Of a DNA stretch of 64,000 nucleotides, positions 13,308 to 26,500 are shown in pieces. The translations under genes and the position numbers were made by a program. The stretch spans positions 18,168,001 to 18,232,000 of the forward strand of contig NC_087245.1 of the NCBI RefSeq assembly GCF_037042905.1, written 5' to 3'. Source of the DNA: Lytechinus pictus. Its lineage: Eukaryota. The notes under the pieces are model-generated. The model saw nothing but the letters and a program-made list of their open reading frames with translations. It was not told the DNA's origin and searched no databases. How positions within the stretch are numbered: the stretch's first letter is position 1; each line of letters opens with the position of its first letter.

Positions 13308-13986
13308 CCCTAAAAGGACTGGGCTATTTGAGACATATTGAGGAGGGGGGGGGGGCATGATGCCCCCTCCCCCTTCTGATCTCGGCCGCCATTCGCGCGA
13401 TCGTGCCAAAATTTGGCACGCACATTCTTCACCACATAAACTACAAGCTAGTATATAAAAAAATCTGAAAATAATTATTTTTTAATTATTATGAATAAAT
13501 TATGCAAATTTATTCATGAAAAATATTATTTGCATATTTAACACCCTATTTCACTTCAAATTTTCTTCTTTTTTTTTGCAGATGTCATCTTTGTAATCTA
13601 ATTTAAAGGTTTCCACAAAGAAAAATGGCGAAAGCCAATTTTTTCCTTATGTATTTCTTTGTTTTTAGAATTTTTGTTTCAGTGGAAATTATTACAGACC
13701 ATTTAACAACTAAATTAAACCCTAAATTAATTAAGCAGACCAATTAGAACGAAAAATAATCACCCTATTATGAAATTCATCTCCCATAGACTTTGTACAC
13801 AAAGTATAAAATGAGCCATTTTCGGCATGACATTGCCTCGTAAAAAGTCACGTGACGTCGCGATGGTATACCCGTAAGTCGCGAATTTGTTCTCAAATGT
13901 TGCGCGAGACTTTAAAGAAAAAAATCCTAATATTTTGCGGCGCTATCTTTTTGCGTTTCGGAAAAATCACGCGAAGGGTTTTAGGG
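13308..13986. mobile_element. piggyBac-like non-autonomous element
   Basis: TTAA-CCCTAAAA ... TTTTAGGG-TTAA. Confidence 0.7.
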
Positions 13987-14349
13987 TTAATGAATGACCC
14001 TTTACTTTGAAATGTGTCATTTTTCTGATGAATCTGTTTGGTATCCTCTTGTTTACCAAAAATAATACCCCCCCCCCTTCTTTTCATACATTAAAAAAAA
14101 ATATTGATATGGTGGTCCACTTTAAAGGCACCCATTTTCAAGCACGATTCTGTCACCGAAAAATTTTCATCATGAGAGGTCCTATTCCCCTGCCCTTTAA
14201 TTTGACAAGGGAACCATTCTCTCTCTTCCTCTCCTCGCTCTGGTTTATTATCAAATATGTGCGTTTTGTGTGATAAGCTGTCCTCTTTATTTCCTTTCAG
14301 TACGAATTTCTCCCCCGAATTTCAGTTGTGATAATTTCATTCCTCAATC

Positions 14350-15155
14350 ATCCAGCATTAGTCATAAAATGTTGTGTTGGAAAGGAGAAAAATAAAAATA
14401 GAATGGTGAATGTTTGAAAGAAATCGGACAAGCAATAAGAAAGTTATGGCTGTTTTAAACTTGGGATCCCTAAGAGTGTAGATTTCAAATTGGTAACTGG
14501 GTAAGTAAATTGTGACAAGGTGCAAGGACAATTTCCCAGAGGTAGAGAACTTGGTTATCAGGGATTTGTGCACTCTACAAAATTTTGGGTAAAGTGCTCC
14601 ATGAGAGGGTAATTATGTGTCCAACCAACATTGGGCATTTTTATTTATCAAGTGTGATGAATATTTTACCCATTCTAAAGTAATTGCTGCTTACTTGTTA
14701 ACCTTACTGGACAATATGCTTCCCGCATTGGGTAAAATACTGCCCCAAATTGGTTGAACACAATTACCCTCGTAGTGGTAAAAATTTTACCCAATGTTTT
14801 TTACAGTGTGGTTTTTGCTTTAGTACCCATTTCCCTGGGGCAGTAATCTAAATATAACACATGAAGTATATTATTTTATGTCATCATGGAACAAAGATAG
14901 AATTTGAAGTAAATCTTTTGAAGAAAAAAAACATTTTAGCTATTTTATGTATCGGAGTACATGGAAGAGTAGTCCTTTGACTTACATCACTATGACATCA
15001 CACATGCGACCAATTTGAAGTCTCCATGGGTATAGTGATTACCAAGTTTTACAACTTCTAAATATTCATAACTTTCTTATTATTTGTCCGAACTTGTCTG
15101 ATTTTTCTTTTTTCTCTAAAAAAACATGTTTTTATTTGGATTGGATTCCCCCTCA
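14350..15155. mobile_element. Diverged copy of the TTAA-target MITE at 44164..44758, with nested insertion
   Basis: Colinear similarity to 44164..44758; ends approximate. Confidence 0.75.
14571..14808. mobile_element. Nested CACT...AGTG (EnSpm/CACTA-like) MITE
   Basis: Absent from sister copy near 44390; 2-bp TG duplication; inverted TTGGGTAAA arms. Confidence 0.75.
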
Positions 15156-15607
15156 AGGTGAAGTCTACCCCAAACATATAATGAAATATTTATCATAATT
15201 GGATGTAAAAATAAGAAATTTGTGTGATTGCTTTGCAAAATAATGAAGTGAAACAGTTTGATACCTCCCTGAACTTGTGATGGATGTGGCATTCATGCTG
15301 TATCCTATTGGGATTCAATGGAGAGTTTTCTGTAAAAATATATTCTCTTCCACTGGAATTATATCACTGTGCTGTGCACATACATGTCAGTGAAAATTTG
15401 TAATGACGTGATACAATTGTCTTACTTTACATCCGATTTTAAAGAATATGGCTATTATGCTTTTCATATAGTCATTGAAAAGAGGCGGCATAATGATATA
15501 TTAATAGGAAGCAAGACGACACAAAGTCATATTTTTTCTCTCACTTGTTCTCACTTGAATGATAGCATTACACTATCCATATTTCCTACTCTTTCTCTCC
15601 ACCCCCA

Positions 15608-15770
15608 CAGGGGCCGGGGGGGGGGGCTGGGGGCCCCACTTTTTTCCAAAACTGTACAAAAAGTAAAAATGACCATAATTATGATTGTGATTTTTAGCAT
15701 GATCAGCCCCCCACTTTTGGCTCAGCCCCCCCCCCCCCCCCCCACTTTGAAAACTGTTCCGCGGCCTCTG
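15608..15770. mobile_element. Inverted copy of the 1388..1555 MITE
   Basis: Same core sequence on the opposite strand; 5-bp TSD CCCCA. Confidence 0.8.
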
Positions 15771-15819
15771 CCCCATGACCTAAACCACTTACGTCACACC
15801 TCCCCGCCAAGCTCGCTGA

Positions 15820-17160
15820 ACAGGGGCGGATCGGTGATTTCTAAAAGCTGGTCCTGATTTACCTTAACGTCACTCAACAATAGTGGGGTATAGTTGATTT
15901 TTTTTTAATTGATGGTCAAAAGCTTAAAACAGAAGAAAAATAGTATTTCCAAATAAACGATTATTACAAACATTTATCACTTAAAAAAGGGAATTAGGTT
16001 CTTCTCTTAAACAGGGAGGGAAGTGCCAATTTCGGACTCAATAGAAGGGATCTCTTTTCCATGTTCCCCTGGAAATCCGCACCTTTCACGGAATCTAAGT
16101 GAAGGGGTAAGCAGTAGCGTATACGCAGGATTTTTGAAGAGGGGTTCGAGTAGAATGAAAATTTGACAAGCAAAAAAAAAGAGAGAGAAGGGTTTCCACC
16201 CGATGACAATTTTACAAGCAACAAAAGAAAAAAGTTTTCAAAAAATCTGAGTAGGGGTTTGACACCTGTTACCTCCCCCTGCGTACGCGTCTCAAGGGGT
16301 AAGAATCATCCTCCAAGAATTCTCTTCCATATCTTTTAGAATTCCATCAACCTAAAGGAATTAGTCGTTTCCTTTTTTCATCGAAAATTTTGGAGGTAGA
16401 TACAATAAAGATTTTGTACACGAATCCTTTCCTCGCATTCTTTTACAGAATAGAAAAAAAATCATACTGTAAGATAAAAACATACTAGAAGCTTCATGTC
16501 TATCAATGTTTGACATTTTTGTGAAAACGTTACATTTTTGTAAATAATCTAGTACTTTGTACCGTGGGCGGGGCAAGAACTTTTAAAGAAGTTTCTAGAT
16601 CAGGGGCGGATCCAGGATTTTTGAAGGGGTGTGTCACATTATCCCGAGGAAAAATTTGATACATTTCGAAAATTTGACAAGCAAAAAAAAAAAGGTCCTC
16701 ACTTTCAAAAGGGAAGGAATATATTCCCCCTAAAAAAAAATGTTGAATCTAGAACACTGGCGGATCCACGGGAGGAGGGGGGCCGGGGCACAGCCGGCCC
16801 GTGCCTCCCTCATTTTGAGAGGCACAATTTCTATTCTCTCCTCTTCCGATTTTCTCAGTTATTCACCGCAAATAGGGGGCCGCAGTCGTCTTATCATTGT
16901 CCTTCATAATCTAGTCATTTTTGTATCGTGGGCGGGGCAAGATTTTCCAAAGGGGGGGGGGGCACATTTTCATGAGGCTGTTCTAATTCAAGGTTTATGT
17001 ATTGGATGTAGAAAGCACTTACATCAATTCTCATTTTGTCAACCCTTCCTTTTTTTATTCTTTCTTCCTTTATTTTATTTTCCTTTTCCATTTCCATGTT
17101 CTTCTCCTTCCCCCTTCGGCCCGTCATTGATTCATCATGCCTCTCTCGGCCTATAGTCAG
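15820..17160. repeat. Cluster of degenerate CAGGGGCGGATCC / CAGTAGCGTA-type MITE fragments
   Basis: Repeated GGCGGATCCAGG and AAATTTGACAAGCAAAAAAA motifs, also seen at 62672..63200; boundaries approximate. Confidence 0.55.
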
Positions 17161-18813
17161 GTTATATCCTTTTCAAGTGACTGACTCATTTTCAGGAAAA
17201 TGGCTTTCGTTTTCAGATTTATTAGCTCGATCCGAGTTTCTTTAGCTTATATATTATATCTAAAGCAGAACAATTCAAAATTCACTATTTTCAGAATTCT
17301 TTCAGTCTGGAGTACCCATTTAACTTTTAAATGTTCCACGAGCAAAATTTTAGATCACGTTGCACATTTGCAGGAATACTTCTATTTCGTATTAAAAAAT
17401 ACAAAAGGAAAAGGGCCTAGTAAATATTAAGGGGCATATATACAGGCCATGCTGATACGCATAATTCGATTTGATGGAATCATCGGTGATATGCTTCTTG
17501 ATAGTTCATAAGTTCATGAAATTTATTTCCACATTTAATACAAATATGTCAAAGGCACCATTACAGAGGAAAATGACATAACGTCAGAATACAAAAGAAT
17601 AAAAAGCAAAGTTAACAATATACCCCCAATACAATACAGAAAAAAAAATATATTATATGTCTAGAATGTCGGGGAGCAACAAAGGTCAAAGATCTATCGA
17701 GGTTGCTCCCATGTGGTTAAGAAAGATAGATATTAAAAAAAAATCATACATTTGAATCATTTTTGTTGGGTTTTTATTTGAAATTTCAGGAGATACTGCA
17801 CTGTACACATCCAGAGCCAAAAAAGGTAAAAATTAAAGAAATTTCCTTTTTGAAGATCGAGGGCCAGGCTGGTATGTACTTTCCGGTCAAATTTAAGCTA
17901 AATAAAGGAGGAATTTGGTAGAGTATGGTTCGGGAACGAAGTTCATGATTTTTCTTCCAGTGAACAATATGAATATAAATGACTATGAATACTTGAATAC
18001 TATTTAGTCAGTTTAGTGTGCAGTCCAATTGATGTCTTTTGTTTACTCTTGTGGATGATTGGTTCACTGAGTATTTGTACCATAGTAGCTACCATGATCT
18101 TCTGAAAATCTCAGTAATTGAAGTTTTGATCGGTAACTTCAATCGTGGGAGTGTATAATTGCCGTGATCGAGTTCTTCTTATTTCCAGTGAGTAAATTCA
18201 TTAATAAATCGCACTTTCTTTTTATTTTCACGTTGTGTGTAGTGAATATAAGCAACCCACATACCTGGTCTATTACAAAAGTCCATACACTAATGTCAAT
18301 CTCAGCGGTGAACACAGGGAATTTAATGACAAAATATGGAAGTTACTATTTTGCGTCTTTTTTTTATAGTCTGCTCTGTCACCTCTGAGTCTGACTGACT
18401 CGACTCTGTCTGACTCAGTTTGAGTCGTTTGCATCGATCCTAATGTCTTAATGACAATGTGAATGTTACACAATGGGTGATTTCAAGTACGGTGTTGAAA
18501 TCTGGTGTTGGTGTTGTGACAACACCATGCACCAGCCACAACACCGTACTTGAAATCAGGCTGGTGTTGGGTCTGGGATTGACCTCGGAAAATATGACGT
18601 ATTTCTGGCAGTTCGTGTTGAATGCTGCCTTGGTGTTGAATTAGCCTGGAGGCGTCTGGGGAGTGAAAGTACCGTAAGGATACTAGTATTCAACCCGTTT
18701 GGAGAGTTTCTTCAAATAAATAACAGAAATATGGAATTTACCTGAATTTCATACCTTGGCTTTGGCTTTGTTATTTCCATTTCCAGGGTAGGTTGTCGGT
18801 ATTTTTTTAAAGA

Positions 18814-18978
18814 CCAGGGGAGCGTTTCATGAAAGGACCTGTCAGACGTTTTATCCGACAAGTCCTATTTTATCCGACAGTTACTATAGTAATAGTGCTT
18901 CTCAACCAATCAGAATCCAGGAAAGTTGTCAGATCTGACAACTTGTCGGACGAAAATATTGATGAAACGCCCCCCTGG
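18814..18978. mobile_element. Palindromic MITE (GGGGCGTTTCAT-type termini)
   Basis: CCAGGGGAGCGTTTCAT / ATGAAACGCCCCCCTGG. Confidence 0.75.
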
Positions 18979-18993
18979 TCCTGGATGGGATGA

Positions 18994-19558
18994 GGGTTGA
19001 TTCGTGACCTTGAACTTGGCAACTTTTAGAAAAAATCCAACTTTGAGGGCGCCCTACAAGAAATCGACGCGCATGGTAGGGCCAATTTTTTGTAGGTCTG
19101 TTGAGCAAGTCATACTCTTCAAATATGCATAATATTGGGTTCTAAGCTAATTGGATTTGGAAGTTATGAGCCTCCAAACATGCACCCAAAAACATTGACT
19201 TGGACACTTAACACCATTTTCGGCGACCTTGTGCGCAATAACGGCTGGTCAGATCCACGTCATATTATATTGTGTGTATTAAGACTATAAAGTTCTTCCA
19301 ATTTACAGAGAACACTGCGTCATCAAACTTGGCTCCAGCAGTCAATCAAAAATAGCTAATTTTATTTAAACTTTATTGTTTGGCCACGCATTGGTTGCTA
19401 AGGGAGGCCATATCTCAGCAACTGTTTGACCTTGGGGCAAAATATTTCAGTTTTTTCCGTCAGACACTTGGGGAACATTTGGTGAGAGTTTAAAGAAAAT
19501 CGAAGGGGGTCGGGTGACAAATTGTCTAAAAATTTGTTGATTTGACGTGGATTGACCC
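18994..19558. mobile_element. Probable MITE with GGGT...ACCC ends
   Basis: Imperfect TIR GGGTTGATTC / GGATTGACCC. Confidence 0.45.
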
Positions 19559-19969
19559 AAATAACAACACTTTCGAAATAAAAGCAAATAACAATCATCA
19601 ATTTGCTTTTATTTTATAAGTCACAATTAGCTTAGGCGAGCGAAAAATTGCTCAACCTGAAAGGGATTAAGGTGAATGGTAGCGAGTGATTGCTCTCGCT
19701 CCCCTTAAAATTGAGTCCCTGAAGGCACACCTGACTTTTTCTGTTTTTTTAAATAAGGGAAAAGGTGTGTCCTATACACCAGAAATACAGTTGAAATCTG
19801 TATCGACCATCTTTGTTGACCACGTTTTCAAAACAACCTTTGTGATTTTGGTTTAATGTGTTTAATTGTATTTTTTTTCCTCTCAATTATTTTTAAAGGA
19901 AATGATTCTTCTTCGATTGAAGACATGGAGATGAATTGTCCCTGAACTTGTGAAATTTCTTTTACCATC

Positions 19970-20565
19970 ATGAGTATTGCTGACTACACTCAAACCCCTG
20001 AGGACCATCAGGCTTTTCTTGTGACAGTGAAACCAGTGGGAGCAGTCAAAGTCCAGGCATTTTCCAGGATCATCAACCGCATCACCAGTGTTTCGTATGT
20101 GCGGGTGCCCGACAACAAACGTGGCATCTGGCTCAGATACAAGCGTCTTGTCCACTTAGAAAACAATGAGTGGGGCGACTTCCAGGTCCATCGACGTGTC
20201 GCCGGCCTCATCTGCTTGGGAAAGGCATCGTCGGAGATTGAACTCGCCACCGTGTATGCAAACTTTGACACAATGAAGGAAACTTTTCGGAGCACGCTAT
20301 TTGACTCTAGGTGTTTTGTTTTTGGGATGTCAGAGGAGACGGTGCAGGAGAGTGCGTCTGGAGTCAGACCTGATGCTGTGTATTACAAGAGTATGGAAGA
20401 CTGTGATCAATTGGAGGATGATGTCAAAGAATTTGCTTCAGCGCTGTTCTGGGTGTTGGAATCCAAGCGTCTTGATAAAACAAATACCAGCAGAAATGAC
20501 AAGCTCCCTCTCTTAATGGCACCATTCGAGCGGAAGGATATTGTTGGCATTGATACGGAGACAAG
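19970..20565 (+). CDS. TRAPPC9: TRAPPC9 coding exon 1
   Basis: ATG in ATCATGA; donor AG|GTAAT at 20566. Confidence 0.95.
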
Positions 20566-23500
20566 GTAATGATGCTTGTACTTCTACATTTTCTGTATTT
20601 TCCTTGTGAACATATTCCGATAGCACATGATGAAAAATTTCCACAGACCAAATCGGACATTATTTGGCCCATGATGGCTCAAGCTCATGCAGCTTGAATG
20701 CCTATTTAGCCCTATTGAACGCCCTGTATAATAAATTTTTGGAACCTGGGTCTAGCCATTTCATAACGCTGTTCATATCTTAATAGAGCATTATGGTCCT
20801 CCCTTGGCAAATTGACACTGATTTCAATTGGGCTAAAGAAGGTATTCGTGTGGCAACATATCAGGGCCTACATGAACCGCTTTCCACCAAATTTGGACTG
20901 TTACTATTTTTCATCATGCTCTAATGAGATATGGTTTCCAAAATGCTGAAGTGCAAGAAATTTATTTTTATGAAATTATTGCTTGTACATGTACTCTAAT
21001 CTGAGCTATTGAAAAAAATAGACATACATGTAGGCTGTAATCTTGACAACTTCTTCTTAACCACAATTTTTGTCTCACCTGCATAGCAGAGTGAGACTAT
21101 AGGCGCCGCTTTTCCGACGGCGGCGGCGACGGCGGCGGCGGCGGCGGCGACGGCGACGGCGGCGTCAACACCAAATCTTAACCTGAGGTTAAGTTTTTGA
21201 AATGACAGCATAACTTAGAAAGTATATGGACCTAGTTCATGAAACTTGGCCATAAGGTTAATCAAGTATTACTAAACATCCTGCCTGAGTTTCATGTCAC
21301 ATGACCAAGGTCAAAGGTCATTTAGGGTCAATGAACTTAGACCATGTTGGGGGAATCAACATCAAAATCTTAACCTAAGGTTAAGTTTTTGAAATGTCAT
21401 CATAACTTAGAAAATATATGGACCTAGTTCATGAAACTTATACATAAGGTTAATCAAGTATCACTGAACATCCTGCATGAGTTTCACATCACATGACCGA
21501 GGTCAAAGGTCATTTAGGGTCAATGAACTTTGGCCGAATTGGGGGTATCTGTTGAATTACCATCATAACTTTGAAAGTTTATGGATCTGATTCATGAAAC
21601 TTGGACATAATAGTAATCAAGTATTACTGAACATCCTGTGCAAGTTTCAGGTCACATGATCAAGGTCAAAGGTCATTTAGGGTCAATGAACTTTGGCCAA
21701 ATTGGGGTATTTGTTGAATTACAGCCATAAATTTGAAAGTGTGTTGGTCTAGTTCATAAAACTTGTACATAATAGTAATCAAGTATCACTGAACATCCTG
21801 TGCGAGTTTCAGGTCACATGATCAAGGTCAAAGGTCATGTAAGGTCAAAGAACTTTGGCCACGTTGGGGGTATTTGTTGAATTGCCATCATATCTCTATA
21901 AGTGTATTGGTCTAGTTCATAAAACGTGGAAATAAGAGTAACCAAGTATCACTGAACATCTTGTGCGAGTTATAGTAGTTTTCAAAATCAGCACTGCTGC
22001 TATATTGAATCGCGTGATGCAGGTGAGACGGCCAGAGGCATTCCACTTGTTATTCTTTTTATTTTATCAGGACATTTTGATGGCGTGTATAGGGTAGAAA
22101 GCTTTTAGAAGCATATCAGTTATCTATTAAAGTTTAAGGTCTCTAGATATTATGGCTGGAAATAATTTTGCGACTAAACTTGACTCTTCTTTGATTCCTT
22201 TATTCATCAGGACCTTTCGGCGGCGTGTGCAGGGTAGAATGCGTAAGCATATTGGTGATCTTAGCCTGATGGCTGGTATGACTCAAGATGCATTTGTTCA
22301 TTATCAGACGGCCTATGAGATCTTAAAAGGAGCCAATGATTGGCTGTGGATGGCAGGTATGTAGCTTTTTGGAAACCTATCAGAGAATGACGCTGTCTTA
22401 AGAAATACAGGAATCTGGGAATCTTTAGGAAGATGTAATATTGCATATCTTGAGAAATGGATTGCAGTTTTGTAGCACTACCATTAGAATAAAAAGTACA
22501 GAATGCCTTAGAATTACCTCTCATTATATTATCCTATATTAAAACTGTATAAATGATATTTAAACATAGGATTTGTTTTAAAATCATGTATAATATTAAA
22601 GGAATTTGAATAATGAAGGATGCCGATCTTTTCAGAGATGAAATTTTGTCATACTTGTTTCGATGTTTTTTGTACATGAAGTGTGTATTCCCTTAGACAC
22701 TCAAGTAACTAAAACCTTACTTTGGAAATGTTACAGCTTGCCTTGAAGGCATGTGTGCAGCTTCTGTAATCCAGCTATATCCTACAGAACCCCCAAACAA
22801 AGGGATTCCTAGAAATGCTTCCTTCAGTGGGGAATCTTTATTAAAGCCTCCGGAAGAGAAACTTCATCGTACAGGTGAGTTGTTATTGTTTTTTTTTTAG
22901 GCTTCGTGATCATATCCTATGCTTCCCTGAAAAAATGATCTTGTGATTTTTTAGCCCATTGCTTACATGTACTGGTACTATTAATAAAACGAAATTGTCC
23001 CTGTGTAAATCAACACAGAATTCAGTAGTCAAATGGTAGACTGGTGTAAAAAAAATAACATGATATTACTATACATGTATCGTACATTTAAGTTTGTTGT
23101 CATCCAAATTTTTTGTTAATTTGATTATTGCATATATATTCCCCATGGATTGTCAATTAACAGGGAGCTATGAGACCATGAATGGAGTAGATGAAAAGTA
23201 CGAAGATGAAGACCTACCAAAGAACTGCCTTCCTCCTGATGATATCATTGAGAAATACAGGGATGCTATTGTGCATTACGCAAAGGTGAGTTTTACCACA
23301 ATAAGGCAATGACGTCAGTAAATTTTAGTTTTCTGTCAGTGTGTAGGATACCATGTCTTGATGCGCGTAGCCAGGGGGGGCGGTGGGGGCGGTCGCCCCC
23401 CCAAAACGTCTCCAAAAAGAAAAAAAGAAGGGAAAAAAGAGAGGAGAAAAGGAAAAGCGAAGGGAGGAAAGGGAAGAAAGGTAGCTTTGAGAGTTTTTCT

Positions 23501-26500
23501 TTTTATTCTTTATTTTTTTTCTCAAACGAGAAACTCCTTCACTCTTGCTCTAAATTTATATATATGAATTTCGCTTCCGCGCTGTGCGGGGTTAAATGAC
23601 ACTATTGCAGTTCTCCTTTGTTTCCCTCACCCTTTCTCTAACCCTGTTTTTCCACCTTAGCTATATGTGTTTCTTGCCAGTTAAAGTTCAAATGTATACA
23701 TTGGAATTAGAGTAAGGTTAGGCCGAAGTATATGAAGTTATCTTCTTATTTTTCAAATTGATCGCGCAACTTCTGGTCGGGTCGACTCCGGGCGGGTAAA
23801 ATCAATTTCTGCCGTCACCTCCATATAAGCAACTTCTCCCGCTTTTCAGCTCATTACTAAACAACCATAATTTGAGGGCAAACGGGTTCCTAATTTAAAA
23901 AGAGGAAGGTATAAAATTCATGTCGTATTAAATAAAAAAAGTACAATATTTTTTAAACAAATTCTTTTAAACTTCATGTAATTTCTGCACATTCATCTCC
24001 TGTCCTGTTTTGCGCCCTCGGTTTGAAATTTTGAATGACACTTAAGTTTTTTATCATTTAAAATGAAGCGCTTCAGGATAAGTCAAAGAAATTATACATC
24101 ATTCTTTTTTATATAATTTCAATGAATCACTGAAGTTTCAACTTTTTGCGCGCTAATTTCCTTGTAATAAAGTTCAATAATCTTAGAAAATCAATTGAAT
24201 TAGAGCCGATGGGGTATAGAGATATCTGCATTTGATGAAACCTCCGCCCTTTGAAATGTCAGAGTTTCATTGCTCTGTGCGGGGAGGAATATCTTCCTCC
24301 CGGCTTATACCCTTCTTCTCCTCTGTTTTGCGAGTTAAAGATATGCACTGTGTGATCACTAAATTATTTGTAATAAAATCTGATCTTTTCAAGGAAAGCA
24401 TTCAATATAACTCAGGACCCTTTTCTTTGGAAAAAAAAAGATAAAACGCTTTAGCTTCTGCGCTTGGCGCGGGGTAATTATTTTAATTTCCTCCATTTAT
24501 CCCTTTTCACAATCACTTTTGAAAACAAGGTTCAAGATCACAATATAGTTAACTGAATTGGAGCTGATATAGGTACTAGAGGCAAGAGAGACGGCTCCTT
24601 TTCATTTTAATTTATGAAACACCAAAAGCTTCGCGCGGGAGGGGGAAACTCCCCCTACCTGCACCCACCCCCTAGGGAGCGCGCTCTGTAAGTGTTGGCA
24701 CGCTTCGCGTGCATTTACCGCCCCCTCCAAAATGAAATCCTGGCTACGCGGTTGTTGATGAAGAGCGAGTAAAAAAATATCCATGGCCCAAATTTGATGT
24801 GGATCAGATCATGATGACCCAAGGTATGGTCTCATGAATGTCTAGGTATGTAGTCCCACCGAAATCATTGAAGATTTGCTTGCTTCATAATTGTGTGGAA
24901 TGCAGCCAATTTACAATTACAATGTTTCAATTCAGGTTATTGCAATTATATTCCATATTAAATTTCAAGTATTGAATCAAGTATAAAATAATTATAATGG
25001 ATGTAAATTTCTTGCTTATAAATAGTTTTACTGCATTGAAGTATTGAATTATGTATTGGCTGTATCACATACTTGTATTTTTTATGTTTATTTCTTGGAA
25101 ATTTTTTGTACTTATTTCCTACTGGTCAGTTGTAATTTTTCTTCTTTGAATTCTTGACCCGATAAACCAAACTCTATACAGTTTACATGATGAAGTTTGG
25201 CTTTACAAACAGTTCTTATCAAAGTTTTTTTCTCAGTTACCATAAACTCCTTCTTTCTATGAAGAGAAAAAATTGAAAGAGTCGCTTTTAATCTCTCAGC
25301 TCATTTCGATCAAAGAGTATTCTTTTTAAAAGGAAATTGTGTAATAATAGGCTGTTTCATCATGTTTTTGAGATTTTTTTATAATTTCACTGGACTTAAA
25401 TGAAAATAATAGTCTCTGATGATATCCGTGCATTGAAATCATCCACTCCACTTTAAAGATGACAGAATTGTCTGATCATTACCTTCTTACTTTTTCCAGT
25501 ATACGAATGCTGCAATCATAGAGATGGAGGCATGCATTAAAGCTACAGAAGTCCTCATCAAGCAAAGGGTATGTACAAACCATAGAGATAGATTTAGATT
25601 GGACACAAGGTACATAGGAGAGGTTAGACAAATGAAGTTGGGTTCCTTTCATATTGTGCCATTTCACTTTATTCAAAACATGATCAGCATATGTGATAGT
25701 TTGTATTGTCAATAGGGAAACATTAGTGCTCATGAACCACCCCATCATTTCATATAATGGAGGGACATCTTTTTCAAAATTTTCTACATTTGGGCGATTC
25801 CATGCAAGAAAAATCAGCTATTTTCGCAATATTTTTCAACCTATTGTCCAAACAAACGAAGAACTTAAATTTGTTTTGTGGTAATTATAAAGTACTACTG
25901 TACTAGTAGTCATGTGAAAAACTGATTACCAACAAAAAATATTTGATTATGGCTGAATTAAGGGCGAAAATGTTGTGTGTCGTATGGGACTCAGAAATGT
26001 CCCGTACGACACGCAACATTTTCATCTCTAGTTCACCCATGGACAGCATATTTTTGTTGGTTGTCATTTTTTCATATGTCTACCCACTATAACTTTATTA
26101 TTAACCAAAAATAATTTTTCATTGCTCAAGCAATCAGCTGAGAGACTAGAAATTGTTGACAAAATGTCCCGTACGACACCTATGGAATCGCCCATATGTG
26201 GTCACTTAGTCATGGTAAAGTAAGGTTCTTTACCCAAAGTCTGAGTCAAGTCCTTCACTCAGGAATCCCTCAACCATGAAATTCATCTTTGACAAAACAC
26301 TGGAGAAATGCTGCTGTGAAAGATACATGTATCACCACTGAATCCCACTACAAAGGTGTTACGCATTTTTTCAATGGCTTTCCTGCATTATCCATTGTCT
26401 TTGTTTGTCTGAGATGAATGTGAAGGTTAGCAATTAAAAGAGGCTTGTTGGATTCTGGTCTGAAATACACAGCTCTTACTTGGTGTAAGGTGCCTGAACC

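Noticed and set aside
20996..21211. Poly-Ala ORF on the minus strand
   Set aside because: Translation of the (GGC)n microsatellite in the Helentron-type element.
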